Of a DNA stretch of 64,000 nt, positions 13,206-25,920 are shown in pieces. The number at the start of each line of letters is the position of its first letter. Position 1 is the stretch's first letter. A model generated the notes under the pieces. That model was not told the origin of the DNA. It did not search any database and was given only the letters and a program-made list of their open reading frames with translations. The DNA comes from Octopus bimaculoides (Eukaryota). The stretch lies in NCBI RefSeq assembly GCF_001194135.2, contig NC_068983.1, positions 93,794,455 through 93,858,454 of the forward strand. The letters are read 5' to 3'. A program made the translations under genes and the position numbers.

Positions 13206-14196
13206 ACTCCACCCTATTATCAAACAGTAATTAGTTGTTATGACCCAGGTCAGCCTTGATATAGCAGTGTTATGGTCCAAAAGTAGGCAATTCAACTAAT
13301 AGAGTTACTGCTTGAACATAATGGTTAGTTATATTAGAATGTAATAATATAAAAAAGCATTGTTTATTTAGTTTGTATATAATCAAAGATTATATTGGTA
13401 ATCTTAGTAGGGAGTATTAAAAGAGATCTTAGTAATGTATAGTAATTTTGCTTGACTTATAAGAGATGATTAGTGACCCAGAACAAGAGCTGAACAAAAT
13501 CTAACAATGTTTTTATTTTGTTTTTGTCTGGATCAAGTTGAACATGATGTGCTTTTAATATGGTGTTGTACCTTCATCTTGGTATATTGCTGATATGACT
13601 AGCTGTGGGTGGATGGATGATAGAACATGTAGCATTTTGAATATATGTCTATATCATACATTGTTGTTGATATGTCTAATTTTTAATATGCTGTTAAACA
13701 TCAATTATCTTACTCTCATGGAATAGTGACTGTAACATTTTGAATGTATGTTCATATCGTATTATAAGATTGCTGGTGTGTGGATTGTACATTTAGATTT
13801 TAACACAGTGTTGTAGATTCCCCATTGAGTATTAATGTTACATCTAGATGTGTCTGAATGGTAGGATGTCTTGTATATAAACATAAGTTATCATACTGTC
13901 ATACCTAGACATGCTTGTGAATTGTAGAATATGTAATTAGAAGGACTGTTTGAAAGTTTCAGCTGCAAACTGTCTATAAATTTTCTATTTCACAATTTAG
14001 ACAAATACACGTGTATCAAATAAATTCTTGATTTATTAAAATATATCCACTTCTAGAGGATGTGCCATAATTAACAAATAACAACTAAGACCAGCCCATA
14101 TGAGAAGGGGAGATAATATTAAAAATCAAAATTTCTCCAAAGTTGATGTTCCTTTAAAGAAAAGAACAGGTTTAATATCTGGAAGTAAAAGGATAA

Positions 14197-14240
14197 CTAT
14201 AGACATATGTTTCTGCCTCAACATGCATCATCAGCACAAG
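14197..14240 (-). ncRNA. Minimal type I hammerhead ribozyme motif
   Basis: Minus strand reads CTTGTG-CTGATGA-TGC(ATGTTGAG)GCA-GAAA-CATATG-TC-TATAG: complete core, 3-bp stem II, palindromic stem III, GUC site, wobble-rich stem I. Confidence 0.6.
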
Positions 14241-14345
14241 AAATTTTCAACCTTCTCTCCAGTAGGCTAGGGACTTAGACATATATGAAAAGAGTAGAAC
14301 ACATTTACATTCTAGGTAATTTGCATAATTTAAACAAAAATTACT

Positions 14346-14665
14346 GGCAGTCCATCAGTTAAGATGACAAGGGTTCCAGTTGATCCAATCAATGGAACAG
14401 CCTGCTTGTGAAATTAATGAGCAAGTGGCTGAGCACTCCATAGACACTTGTACCCTTAATTTAATTAGTTCTCAAGGAGATTCAGCATCACACAGAATGT
14501 GACAAGGCTGTCTCTCTGAGCTACAGGTACAGCTCGTTTTTGCCAGCTGAGTGGACTGGAGCACTAGAAAATAAAATGTCTTGCTCAAGGACACAATATG
14601 CTGCCAGGAATCAAACTCATGTCTTTACAATTGTGAGCCGAATACCCTAACCACTAAACCACATA
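14346..14665 (-). mobile_element. tRNA-derived SINE family A
   Basis: Colinear with 12885-13205 and 56638-56950. Confidence 0.85.
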
Positions 14666-14689
14666 CTAAGAGAAATAACTCAGAGTGCC

Positions 14690-15030
14690 TGGTAGCATAG
14701 GGTTAAAACCCCCTTCAGTCATGAATGACCATGGGATTGTACCTAGAAAGTTCCCCTCCAAGGCACAAGTCCAGGCAAAGTTGTTTTTGGAAGACCAGCA
14801 GTCACCCATGCATACCAGCCTTTCCTGTCCATGCCACTGATGTTATTTAAGGGAAAGGCAAAAGCCTATACAGCTTCACACCAGTGATGTCACAACTCAT
14901 CTCTACACCTGAGTGAACTGGAGCAATGTGAAATAAAGTGTCTTGCTCAAAAACACAACACACTGCCCGGTCCAGGAATTGAACTCACTACCTAATGATT
15001 GTGAGCCTGATGCTCTAGCATACCTTTTCC
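14690..15030 (-). mobile_element. tRNA-derived SINE family B (family A-type head, different tail)
   Basis: Colinear with 33300-33625 and with the reverse complement of 51130-51460. Confidence 0.85.
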
Positions 15031-15206
15031 TTATTGGTATGTCAGCTTCAGAGAATTCATGATTCTTGAGACTATCTTCTCTTCTCATATGGAACTGGTT
15101 TTAATTATCATTTGGTAATTATAACTCATCATCTAGAGGTGAAGATAATTTTAATAGATCAAGAATTTATGTTGTATGGTATTTGATGTACCTATATATG
15201 TTTGTG

Positions 15207-15528
15207 TGAAGGTGTGTGACTTAGTGGTTAGAGTATTCGGCTCATGATGATAAGGCCATGAGTTCAATTCCTGGTGGCGTGTTGTGTCCTTCAGCAGGAC
15301 ACTTTATTTCACATTGTTCCAGTCTACTCAACTGGAAAAAATTAATTGTACCTGTATTTCAAAGAGTCCTTTGTATCACATTCTGTGTCATACTGAAACT
15401 TGCTGAGAACTACGTTAAGAGTACATGTGTCTGTGAAGTACTCAACCACTTGCACATTAATTTCACAAGCAGGCTGTTCTGTTGATCAAACCAATTGGGA
15501 TCCTCATCATCATAAGTGATGGAGTGCC
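15207..15528 (+). mobile_element. tRNA-derived SINE family A
   Basis: TTAGTGGTTAGAG...GAGTTCAATTCC head, core and tail ending GGAGTGCC. Confidence 0.85.
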
Positions 15529-16141
15529 ATATGTCTGTGTTGTTCAAATACATGCTACTGGTCACTGCTTTATTTTTTCTTAGCTCATTTCACAAATTAG
15601 TTGGTTCAGAAGCAAAATAGTTTTTGCATAAACACTCCGTCAATCTCATAATAAATTGAAATCCTCATAAAATGATGTTTACTTCATGACTTAAAGCTCA
15701 TATAATAGCAATCTAGTGACCATATCTAGAATTCTAACTAAATGATGAATTTCAAACCCAATAACTAGACTAAAAATTATATAATCCATACTGTCTACAT
15801 GTAAAACACACCATGAGCCAAAACATCAATTTAATACTTTAACTCTGAGAAACGACACTATATTTGTTATCACTCATAATAAAAATTATGTGATGCAGTA
15901 CCTAAGATGACCAAACTGAAAAAAAAAGGCTTTTAAATATAATGAAACAGGAACAGAAATAGACCAAGGAATATGTAGTTATTAGGTTGCATTGAAAAAT
16001 TATCAAAGAGAAAGGACAGCTGAAGTAAGCTAGGTTTTACCAAAATCTTGCTGGAGGGAAAATATGTAAAAATTATGATGGGAATATTTCAGAGAAAATG
16101 ATTTACTACATGTAAAATTATTTTAAATTCTTTTGAGTATA

Positions 16142-16314
<173 letters not shown>

Positions 16315-17229
16315 ATGAGATTTTACCATGTTGATGTTTTAGCTACTCTGACTTCCATAAAAACGTAGATAATAATAAAATTATGATGGCAGCTGGCATT
16401 ATTCGGGGAATTGCAATTTGTCAAGTTGCTGGAAGGTGTTTCTACTTATATTTATATGCGAATATTTTCTCTGTTTATTCAGTTTTCAATATGTTTAAAT
16501 TACATTAGATCTAATCTCAGAACTAAATGGAATGGCATTTACCCAATGTCTATTTTGCTAATCTAATTAATTCAGAGAAATTCCTCTATATTCGCACAAA
16601 AACAGCCTCCAGAATATTAGAATAGAAACTGCTCTGAAATTCTGTATGAATATTACATAGCCATTAGTTCGCAATTATTGGGTGTTTATTTATTTGTTTA
16701 TTTATTATTGTTTTTTATTCAAGATAGAATCATATAAAAAATATTTTAACTTTATACTATTATTCACTTAAACCAAAACAAGTAATATAGCTAAAATTCA
16801 CTTCATGATTTACTTCATTTAGTGTTTAAACATATACTAAACACACTTCATACTAGTTACTTTCCAATGATATGATATATATTCATACATTACACATATT
16901 TTATTTATACCACATTTATTTTACACATGATACTTTACACCGATACATTTATATATATTACATGTACTTTATATTAGATTTTTTTGTTTTGTTTTGTTTT
17001 TTTACGTTGATATGTTTATATATGTACACTACATACCTTTCATATAGACACATATTTTATACCATTTACTTTCAAGTGTGCTTTCTATACACTATACAAC
17101 TATTTTTATATTAGTTACTTTATGCAGGATTTATATACGCTACACATACTTATGCCAAATACTTTACACTGATGTTTATATGCACTAAATATATTTTATG
17201 TACACTATATATATTTTATATGCACTTAG

Positions 17230-17385
17230 AGGACCAGGGGTGGCTTTGTGGTAAAAAGTTTGTTTTTTAACCACATGGTTCTGAACTCAGAACCATGTGG
17301 TTAGGCTATGTCTTCTACTAGAGCCCTGGGCCAACCAAAGTCTTGTGAGTGTATTTGGTACATGGAAACTAAGATTTCATATATA
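17230..17385 (+). mobile_element. SINE family D, 5' half
   Basis: GGCTTTGTGGTAAAAAG...AACCACATGG...TCTTCTACTA...CCAAAG..TTGTGAGTG.ATTTGGTA. Confidence 0.75.
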
Positions 17386-17694
17386 TGATATGATGGGTTC
17401 TCCTGTTGAAGATGACGTATGAGTGTTCAGCTTTTGCTGAAAGGCCTGCACAAATGATTTGTTTATAGTGACCAAATGTATGTGCTGTACATTAGCTCAC
17501 ACTCACCATCAAATTGGCAATGACTGGACAAGTGCACAGTGTACCACACACCTGGTGTCCAAGTGATTGCAGAGGAACATGAGATGAAGTGCCTTGCTCA
17601 TGAACACAATGCACCACCTGGTCTACAAATTGAAACCACAATCTCACGATCATCCTATCTAACCTAATTATGTTATCAAAAAAATATAACAACC

Positions 17695-17764
<70 letters not shown>

Positions 17765-17934
17765 CTACACATATATAGATATATATATATACATATATAT
17801 ATATATTATTTACTACGTGAACTACACTGAAAAGAATGAGAAAGATATATAATTTTTCTTTTGTGCAGAGGTTCCTTGAGACATGTAATTTATTTTAAGG
17901 GTTACGCAAGGGTAAAAAGGTTGGGAAACACTGG

Positions 17935-18212
17935 GTTAGGTCATGAGTTCAATTCCCAGTGACACATTGTGTCCTTTAGCAAGACATTTTATTTCACATT
18001 GCTCCTTTTCACTCAGCTAGCAAAAATGAGTAGTGCCTGTAAATAAATCAAAGGACCATCCTTGTCACATTTTGTATCACACTGAATCTCCTTGAGAGTT
18101 ATGTTAAGCATACACATGTCTGTGGAGTGCTCAGCCACTTGCACATTAATTTTATGAGCAAGCTATTCCATTGATCAGATCAACTGGAGTCCTCAATGCT
18201 GTAACCGCCAGT
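17935..18212 (+). mobile_element. 5'-truncated SINE family A
   Basis: GAGTTCAATTCC B box, core and tail as at 15207. Confidence 0.8.
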
Positions 18213-18239
18213 TTATATACATATGTGTGTCTGTGTAAG

Positions 18240-18397
18240 CATGACTATATGGCTAAAAAGCTTGCCTTGCAGCCACAGGGTTTTGGCTTCTTTCCTAGTG
18301 CACAGCACTTCTATTTCAGCCATGTGTGATTGGATTTGATTGATAGAAACCAAAAGAAGCTTGTAATTTATAGATGTAAGTGGTGTGTATGTGTGTG

Positions 18398-18437
<40 letters not shown>

Positions 18438-18690
18438 TGTGTGGGAGTATGTGTTCATGTCCCCTTATTGCATACAAATTGTGAACAAATATCTCCACCA
18501 TACAAGTCGCGTCATTCATGTCCACTCATTGTGCCATTTGTGCTCAGAAGGCCAGAGGAAATATTACCTTACCTGGAAAAAGATGAGGTTTGTCAGTAGG
18601 AAGAGCATCCTGGCAGTGAAAATCTGGCTCACTGAATTTCATCTAGAACATGCAAGTGTGAAAAAAATGGGTATTAATATGATTGTGTGT
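18240..18690 (+). mobile_element. Degraded family D-headed SINE with RTE-like tail
   Basis: Family D head, (GA)n hinge, then GGAAATATTACCTTAC...AGGAAGAGCATCC...CATGCAAGTGTGAAAA, matching 42010 and 45730. Confidence 0.6.
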
Positions 18691-18825
18691 GTGTATGATC
18701 ATTTTAATGTACACACACATGTACTTTTGTATGTATGTATATGTATGTTTATGCATACATACAGAAGTTTAATTATAGTGTACTAGGTAGAATGTGTGCT
18801 TAGTAAAAAAAAAACATTTGTAGAG

Positions 18826-18884
<59 letters not shown>

Positions 18885-20302
18885 TCATCATCATCATCAT
18901 CTATATATATATATATATGTTTTATCGCTTTCCTTGAGAGAGAATGACTGGTGCTTTTATTTATTATTAATCATTTAGTCTGAAATTATATATTCTTACA
19001 TGAACTTTTGAACTTAGAAGACTATCTTCTACAAATTGGCTCATAAATAACATTTCAGTCTTGGTAGGGGGAAGAGTTTGAATGTTTAATGAAAGAGATA
19101 TCAAAATTAACAAAAATAAAAACTACATCATTAAAGCAGACACTGTAAATGAGTTATTTTATATTATTATTAAATCACTATGTGACAGAAACCTTTATTA
19201 TTATTATTAAAATAAAATAAAATAAATCATTATTATTGTTTTTATCACTATTAAGAAAACACAATATATTGTAGCATACTTAAGCCTTTCTGCAATTCTA
19301 GAATTGATTTGGTTGCAAAACTTTTTTCCCTTTACATATAGATACAGGTTTTGTTTCCACTTAATGGAAACACTGTGTATATGAAAGCCTTGTTATAACC
19401 AAGGAATTCCATAACATGAAGTCTGGCTTCCATTGAATCTGGAAGTCAGTGAGAAATATGTTTCATATTAAAAAATCCTTTGTTACAGCAGGATATTCTG
19501 AAATGAAATGCTTCTGCAGTGTACTGAGTATCTATAGTGTTTTACACAGAACATGAGAACTTGGGAATGCTATTTTATGGACTTCATACATGGACATTCT
19601 CCAAGATATCTTTATCTTTTATCTTTTACTTATTTCAGTCATTTGACTGCAGCCATACTGGGGAATTTCTTAAAACCATCCTGAGCAATAATCATCAGGC
19701 TTTCAGTTTACCCATCTAACTGTTTAATTAGACTCAGGAGTAACACTGCTGTTTGTTGCATTCCAGTTTACTGACTCAGTTTGCAAAGTGCATGTAGGTG
19801 TTTCAGTTCATATGCTGGGTTCACGTTTTTTGATTTTTCTCCATTTTAATTCTTTCTTTGATTCTTTGACTTCTTTTGTTATATCTGTCTGCAAAGCATG
19901 CATGTTTTGTGCTCAGAGTGCACATGGCTGTTAAGGAATCTGTAGCTAGATACTTATTTCAGTGCTTCTTATCTCGTGAGTGCAACCTTTCATTTTTGTC
20001 ATATTTAGCAACTTCTTGTAGTTAAGTGTCTTGTTCTTTTCAGGTGAATGACTGGTGCAATTCTATTGACTGTATTTATCATGACAAGTTGAACTAAGCC
20101 TTTTTTCCCCATCATTTCATCTAGGGATAGTAGACAATGTTTCAATGAGTGATGTCGTCTAAATTTTGACAAACGTTTACTTGTTTCAAATGTCACAAGG
20201 GTCAACTTTCATCCTTTCAAAATAAGTACCAGTTGAGCACTGGGGTTGATGTAATAAACTTCCCCCACCCCTGGGAAGTGTAGCTGTTAAAAGAAGTATC
20301 TT

Positions 20303-20558
20303 CAATGGTGTAGCTTGTGTGTGTTCTGCATGGGGCGGCCCTTCCATTTGTCACCCCCAGGCCCGAACAAAAAATATATGCTGAACAATTATTGCATTTA
20401 ATGGTGAGTAGTGTCCCCACATTAAAACCACTATTATTTGATTTCAATACAGCCTATACAGGCTTATAGCCTACAGCAGACCCAAAAGTGATGCCACCCC
20501 CATAAAAGTGCTGCCTAGAGCAGACCACCTCCTCAGTCCACCTTTAGCTATACTAGTG
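20303..20558. mobile_element. hAT-like MITE
   Basis: TIRs CAATGGTGTAGCT and AGCTATACTAGTG (10/13 match); 8-bp flanks AGTATCTT and AGCACCTT (6/8 match). Confidence 0.6.
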
Positions 20559-20719
20559 AGCACCTTTCAGGGTGACTCTTTCTCCCCATTGTTATTTGTC
20601 ATTGCAATCATATCTATCTCATTGACTTAAAACACATCACCACAGGTCACAAACTAAGAAGAAATTTACCTTCTAAACCATCTATTCTTCATCTATTACT
20701 TTTATATGTATTACAAAGT

Positions 20720-21165
20720 TTTAAAAGGAGATCAGTTCAGTTGTTAATATAGTAAAGATGTGCTGCAATGATATTAGGATGGAGTTTGGTATATCAAAAT
20801 GTGCAACTTTAGCCATGGAGAGAGGGAAGAATTCTCATTTTAATGGAATAAACTTACTGAAAGAACAGATTTTAGAATCTGGTAACAATGGATACAAGTA
20901 ACTAGACATACTGAAACTCAGTGATATAATGCAACAGGAAATGAAGAAACTGGTGAAAACAATGTAGAGAGATTAAAACTTGTTTTGATGTCCAAAATTA
21001 ATTCAAAGAATCTGATAAATGTGATCAAATGCTTGGACAGTTACTATTATGTATTATAGTGCTGGAATAGTGAACTGGACAAAAAAAGGAAATGGATGCA
21101 TCAGATTGAGAAAAACCCTATGCATGGAACACTTCATCCGAACGCAAATGCTAGTTATTTATACA
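20720..21165 (+). mobile_element. Degraded R4/Dong-like LINE fragment (RT C-terminus/thumb)
   Basis: Relics CNDIRMEFGISKCATLAMERGK, YYSAGIVNWTK and MHGTLHPNANASYLY; followed by (TGT)n. Confidence 0.75.
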
Positions 21166-21514
21166 AAAAATTGTTGTTGTTGTTGTTGTGGTGGCGACGG
21201 TGGCAGTGGTGGTGTCATCGTCGTCGTCAACATAAAATGTTTTCAACAGTTTTATGTGAGTTTCTGCTGCACCAAGAGCACCTCCATGTTGCATTGTTTC
21301 CTGGAAATGTAGAATTGTGATTGGATACTACTTCAGTTTTGGGGTGTTTGGGTTAGTGATTCTGGTGTGACTTTAGTGTTTTATTTATTGTTTAGATCAT
21401 GTGGTCCTTGGGAGTCCATATAAGATTTTGCTGTAAAAATTTATCTGCATTAAATTGGTTATACTTCTACAATACACAAAATATTTTGACAACTTTTTTT
21501 ACACTGTTCCTAAT

Positions 21515-21740
21515 AACTGGCCCTCTGTCAGCTATGACAATGAGTGTTCCAGTTGATTTGATCAATGGAACAGCCAGCTCATGAAATTAACATGCAAGTG
21601 GTTGAGTACCCCACAGACTTGTGTACCCTTAACGTAGTTCTCAAGAAGATTCAATGTGACAAAGCTGGTCCTTTGAATTAGAGGTACTACTCATTTTTGC
21701 CAGCTGAGTGGATTGGAGTAACATGAAATAAAGTGTCCAA
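21515..21740 (-). mobile_element. SINE family A, headless fragment
   Basis: Colinear with 12885-13205. Confidence 0.75.
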
Positions 21741-22169
21741 ATGGCTAAGAGGGTCCATCTGAGAAAAAAGAGAATCAAAGGGATCCATAGGCAAAAAATG
21801 GTTGAGAAAAACTGGCTTTTGTGTTTGACATATGCTGTGTGATTGGAGTTATGTGTTTTAGTGTCAGGAGGTGATTGAGTAAAGCATATTGTACAGTTTG
21901 TGCAAAAATTAATGGGTTGCAACTGTGTAGAATAGGAATTGTGTGAGTTGTTGGTGTTTTAGTATAAGTATTGGTTTGTAGAAGTTTGCATCGTGTTATT
22001 TTACTGAATGATCGTGGTGTAGAGCATGTACTGTGTGCAGAGTGTACTGTTTCAGTTATGCTATGAAATTAAAAGTGTTTTGCATAGAATGTGAGCTGTG
22101 CCTAGAAGAGCTATCTTTTAGAGTGTGGAACATACTGAACTCTGTTAAGGTTTGTATGGTTTTGTCTTT

Positions 22170-22590
22170 ATATTACTTGTTTCAGCCATTTGACTGTGGC
22201 CATGCTGGGGCACAATGTTGAATGGTTTTAGTTAAACAAATCGACACCCTGGATCTCCTTTTTTTTTAAGCCTAGTACTTATTCTTTTGGTCTCTTTTGC
22301 CAAACAGCTAAGTTATGAGGACGTAAACACACCAACACCAGGTTGTCAGGTGGTGGTGGTGGTGGGAACAAACACAGACACAAAGACACACACACATAGA
22401 TATATACATACAAATATTTAGATAGATACAATAGGCTTCTTTCAGTTTCCATCTACCAAATCCACTCACAAGGCTTTGGTTGGCCTGAGGCTATAGTAGA
22501 AAACACTTACCCAAGATGCCATGCAGTGGGACTGAATCCAGAACCATGTGGTTAGGAAGCAAGCTTCTTACCATACAGCCATACCTGTGC
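22170..22590 (-). mobile_element. SINE family D, full length
   Basis: Reverse complement of the copies at 27285 and 39712, with an internal (CA/TA)n hinge. Confidence 0.85.
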
Positions 22591-22619
22591 CTAGTTTTGT
22601 TTTTTTTTTTTCTTATCAT

Positions 22620-23200
22620 ACCTAATATCAATTATTGTTTGTACTGTTTTTACCTTCGTGTTTCAAATCCCACTAATTTCATTTTCAAGAAGTTTATCTA
22701 CTTCTTTTCAGACAATACCTTGGTCAGAAGGAATCAAAATGTCTGTCACTATACAGCCATTTTCATCCAAGCTTATGATATTATTACTGGATAGTTTGTC
22801 TTGATCTCCTTATCAGTCTGGACAAGCATATCTCAGATAATTGTCATGTGCTATGTTTGGAAGATGTTTATAACACCACTTCATATCCATTTTCATGTCA
22901 GTGTGTCAGCATATTGCCAAATAGACATAGTTGTCCACTCAGTCATGTCTGTGAATATTCTTGAACTTGACAAAGACCTGGGCAGGCTGAGATGATATGG
23001 TCAATTATCTCATTGTACTTGTTGAATCGTCTGGTGTGTTTACATCATTTTATTTTTAATAGTTGTTTGTGTCTAGGTATTAGTCTTAAGAAGCTAAAAC
23101 CAGACCTTCAGTTTCTGCTTTTAGTCCAGAGCTTTTAAGTTACTGTTAGCTTACTTCCTCTTTGTCAAGTTTTGTAAGGTATTAACAATGAAGTAGGTTA
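22620..23200 (-). mobile_element. Degraded R4/Dong-like LINE 3' fragment (RLE region)
   Basis: Relics SSGLKAETEGLVLA and GCIVTDILIPSDQGIV.KEVDK. Confidence 0.6.
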
Positions 23201-23439
23201 TTTTTTTTATCTTCAGTTTTTCTTTAGTTTATTTTAGAATACTGATGTGATATTGTCATTTGCTTTTTTTTTTTTTACCTTTCTTGTTTTGTCCTCTTTC
23301 AAATCTTACTTCAGTTCAAGTTTATACCTCATTGTTTCTTTATGTATAGAAAATTATTATTGTCATTGTTGTTATTCTTATCATCATCGTCTTCATCGTT
23401 GCCATTGTCATCATCATCATCATCAAAACTATTGCATGC

Positions 23440-24190
23440 TATGTTAGCAGGGATGTTATCTTGATGTTTGGTGCCAATAAGTCTCCTCAAATCTCAAGAA
23501 TTTTTCTTAAAATTTTTGCAGAATGCAAGTTGGTACTTTTCTGTAATTCTACAGTGTATCTCAATTCCAATACCATTCAGCCTCTTAGATATGAGTTTGG
23601 GTTTTGTGTCAAGTGCATAAATTACCACAAGAATAATTGTCATCTTAGCCTTCCACAATCTCTTCATCTCTCTCTGGCTAGGTCCTGATAATTCTCATTT
23701 TTCTCGATGTCTTTGTTATCCATTCTATTATCAAATGGCATTGCAAAGTCTATGATCCCACACTGTGGTTTTTATTTTTTATTGCATTTTATTTATTTAG
23801 TTATTGTCTTCTACAATCATATTTGGTCTTCTTGCTTAAATAGTATAGAAATTCCATAAAATTCTGTAATTATTATTCTGTTATCACAGCCTCTGGCTTG
23901 TGTTCATAACACTTTTTTCCTACTTTGAATTCACATAGTTAATATCCCAATGCACTCTTTCACCAATACAGTTGTACCTGCACTTATATTGTTTTTGTGC
24001 TAGCTTACTGCATTCATTTAAGGAATGTTTAATACATTCATCTCCTTTCCCATAGATTCTGTGTTTGCTCTCTGATTAAATTTTATCAGTCTTTGTCAAG
24101 TTCATCCTAATGACTTGCTCATAGGTGGCTATAATTAGTGACTGAGTTTCTTGCTTCAGGTTTCAGTCAGTCAGCTACAACCAAGTGTTC
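23440..24190 (-). mobile_element. Second degraded R4/Dong-like LINE 3' fragment
   Basis: Relic of the zinc-knuckle region (NECSKLAQKQYK...ERVHWDI) through the RLE C-terminus; flanked by (CAT/TAT)-rich and (TAC)n tracts. Confidence 0.6.
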
Positions 24191-24221
24191 CTTACTTCCT
24201 TGGTTACATTAATTGGCCATG

Positions 24222-24258
<37 letters not shown>

Positions 24259-25419
24259 GCTGCTGCTACTTCTGCTGCTGCTGTTGCAATGACTGCTACT
24301 ACTCATACAAGCATGGTAAAATGGACATAAAATTGATGATAATGATTTGGTTGTTTTTGGTTCTGAACAACTCCTGACATAAAACAAAGTATGGGGCCAC
24401 AAATTGTTTATATGAAATTTCAGAAATGTTGTTCATCAATCTGTTATGTGTGGTGACAGGAGAGCACTTATTTTGACTTGAATGAATTGAGTGGTGTATG
24501 ATTTCCTGACAGAATCAGTTCAAGTTCAGAAGTAAAAGACATTTTTGACTTGTTGATCATCAAAATTCATCTACACAGTCTGCAGACAGTTTGTATAGAT
24601 ATGTGGAGAAAAATGTATGGTAAGAATTGGTTGGGCAGAAGTCCAAAATCTTGTGAATTAAGCTAACAAGCATTGAAATAAAGAAAAATATTGGCTGACA
24701 GCTTGTAAATACTTAGAGTTGGTTCTTTACTGGGGTTATTGTTTAGAAATACAAATAAATATATTGATCTTTATAACCTGTTGTAATAGTGCAAAAAAAT
24801 GTTTTGAGTGATAATAAATTTGCTATGAAATGATAACAATTAAAATGGTGTAGTATGTAGTAAAATGTTAATATAGAAAATTTAATCTATAAAGCTTAAA
24901 TACAGAATGAATGGTTGACAGAAAATGGTTTAGTAACATGGGTTATGAAAAGGTTAAAATAAGAAACTCTCCTTTCAGAAAAATGGTGGAGAAATTTGAA
25001 ATAAAATCCAAAATTACTTTCTTTCATTTATATATAAAAACCAAAATAATTCCCCAAAATCTAATGTTTTTCATTGTTCAGTAAATAAATATGTAATGTA
25101 TTATGTTTTACTACAATATGAATAATTGTAATGTAAGTTGTCTAGGTTGTCTTTTTATAAAGTCATAGACACAAGTGCCTATGCATACAGCTAAGATAAT
25201 GGACTGGAACTTATTATTGCCAAGGAAAGTTCCTCTAGAAGCAATGTTATTTCAAAATAGCATTTTGTATGTCTTACTCAATGTGGATATATCGTAGAAA
25301 GCCACACAACTGTGGCATTCATCTTGAGAAAGCATCTCCTATAAGCATTTAGTGCAGACAAAATTCGTTCCACCCCTATATAGATCATATTAATTGTTTT
25401 TTATTCTATGTAGGTGCAG

Positions 25420-25755
25420 GTATGATTGTGTAGTATGAAGTTTATTTTCTAATCGTAATTCTGAGTTCAGTCCCACTACTTGGCACTTTGTGCAAGTGCC
25501 AACCTTGTGAGTGGATTTGGTAAACAGAAACTGAACAAAACTTGTCATATACGTGTGTGTGTGTGTGCACGAGCATGTGTCTCTGTCTTTGTGTTTGTTC
25601 TCCACTACCACTTGACAACCAGCATTGGTTTGTTTATGTCTCCATAACTTAGCAGTTCCACAAATTGCGATTGATAGAATATAAGTACGGGGTCAATTTG
25701 TTTGACTAAATTTTTCAAGTTTGCAATCCAATGATTAAAACAGGTAAAAGATAAA
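25420..25755 (+). mobile_element. SINE family D
   Basis: Head, (TG)n hinge and tail GATAGAATA...GGGGTCAATTTG...ATGATTAAAACAGGTAAAAG. Confidence 0.8.
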
Positions 25756-25920
25756 GGGTAAATCATATATCATACGACAACATACATTTATACAAGAAAC
25801 TGTCCTTTATACTAGGTTTTAATGTCATCATGTGGCTATTCACATCTGTCAAATAAGTATTTTTTAATATTGCAACCTTTAATTTGATATTTTAACAAAC
25901 AGACTTTCATTAGCTATATT

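Noticed and set aside
13250-14000. Possible Penelope RT/GIY-YIG relic downstream of the 14.2-kb hammerhead
   Set aside because: Only isolated words (LPF, LDVTL, RYEH) are visible and no convincing motif series could be reconstructed.
20044-20097. Possible terminal exon VNDWCNSIDCIYHDKLN* after TTCTTTTCAG
   Set aside because: No partner exons or recognisable homology; the AG|GTGAAT could equally be a donor.
24512-24618. Open frames bounded by AG/GT here and at about 31034-31171, about 53507-53565 and (minus strand) about 54062-54198 and about 53119-53202
   Set aside because: The peptides are unrecognisable, the phases do not chain consistently, and such frames arise often by chance in AT-rich DNA.
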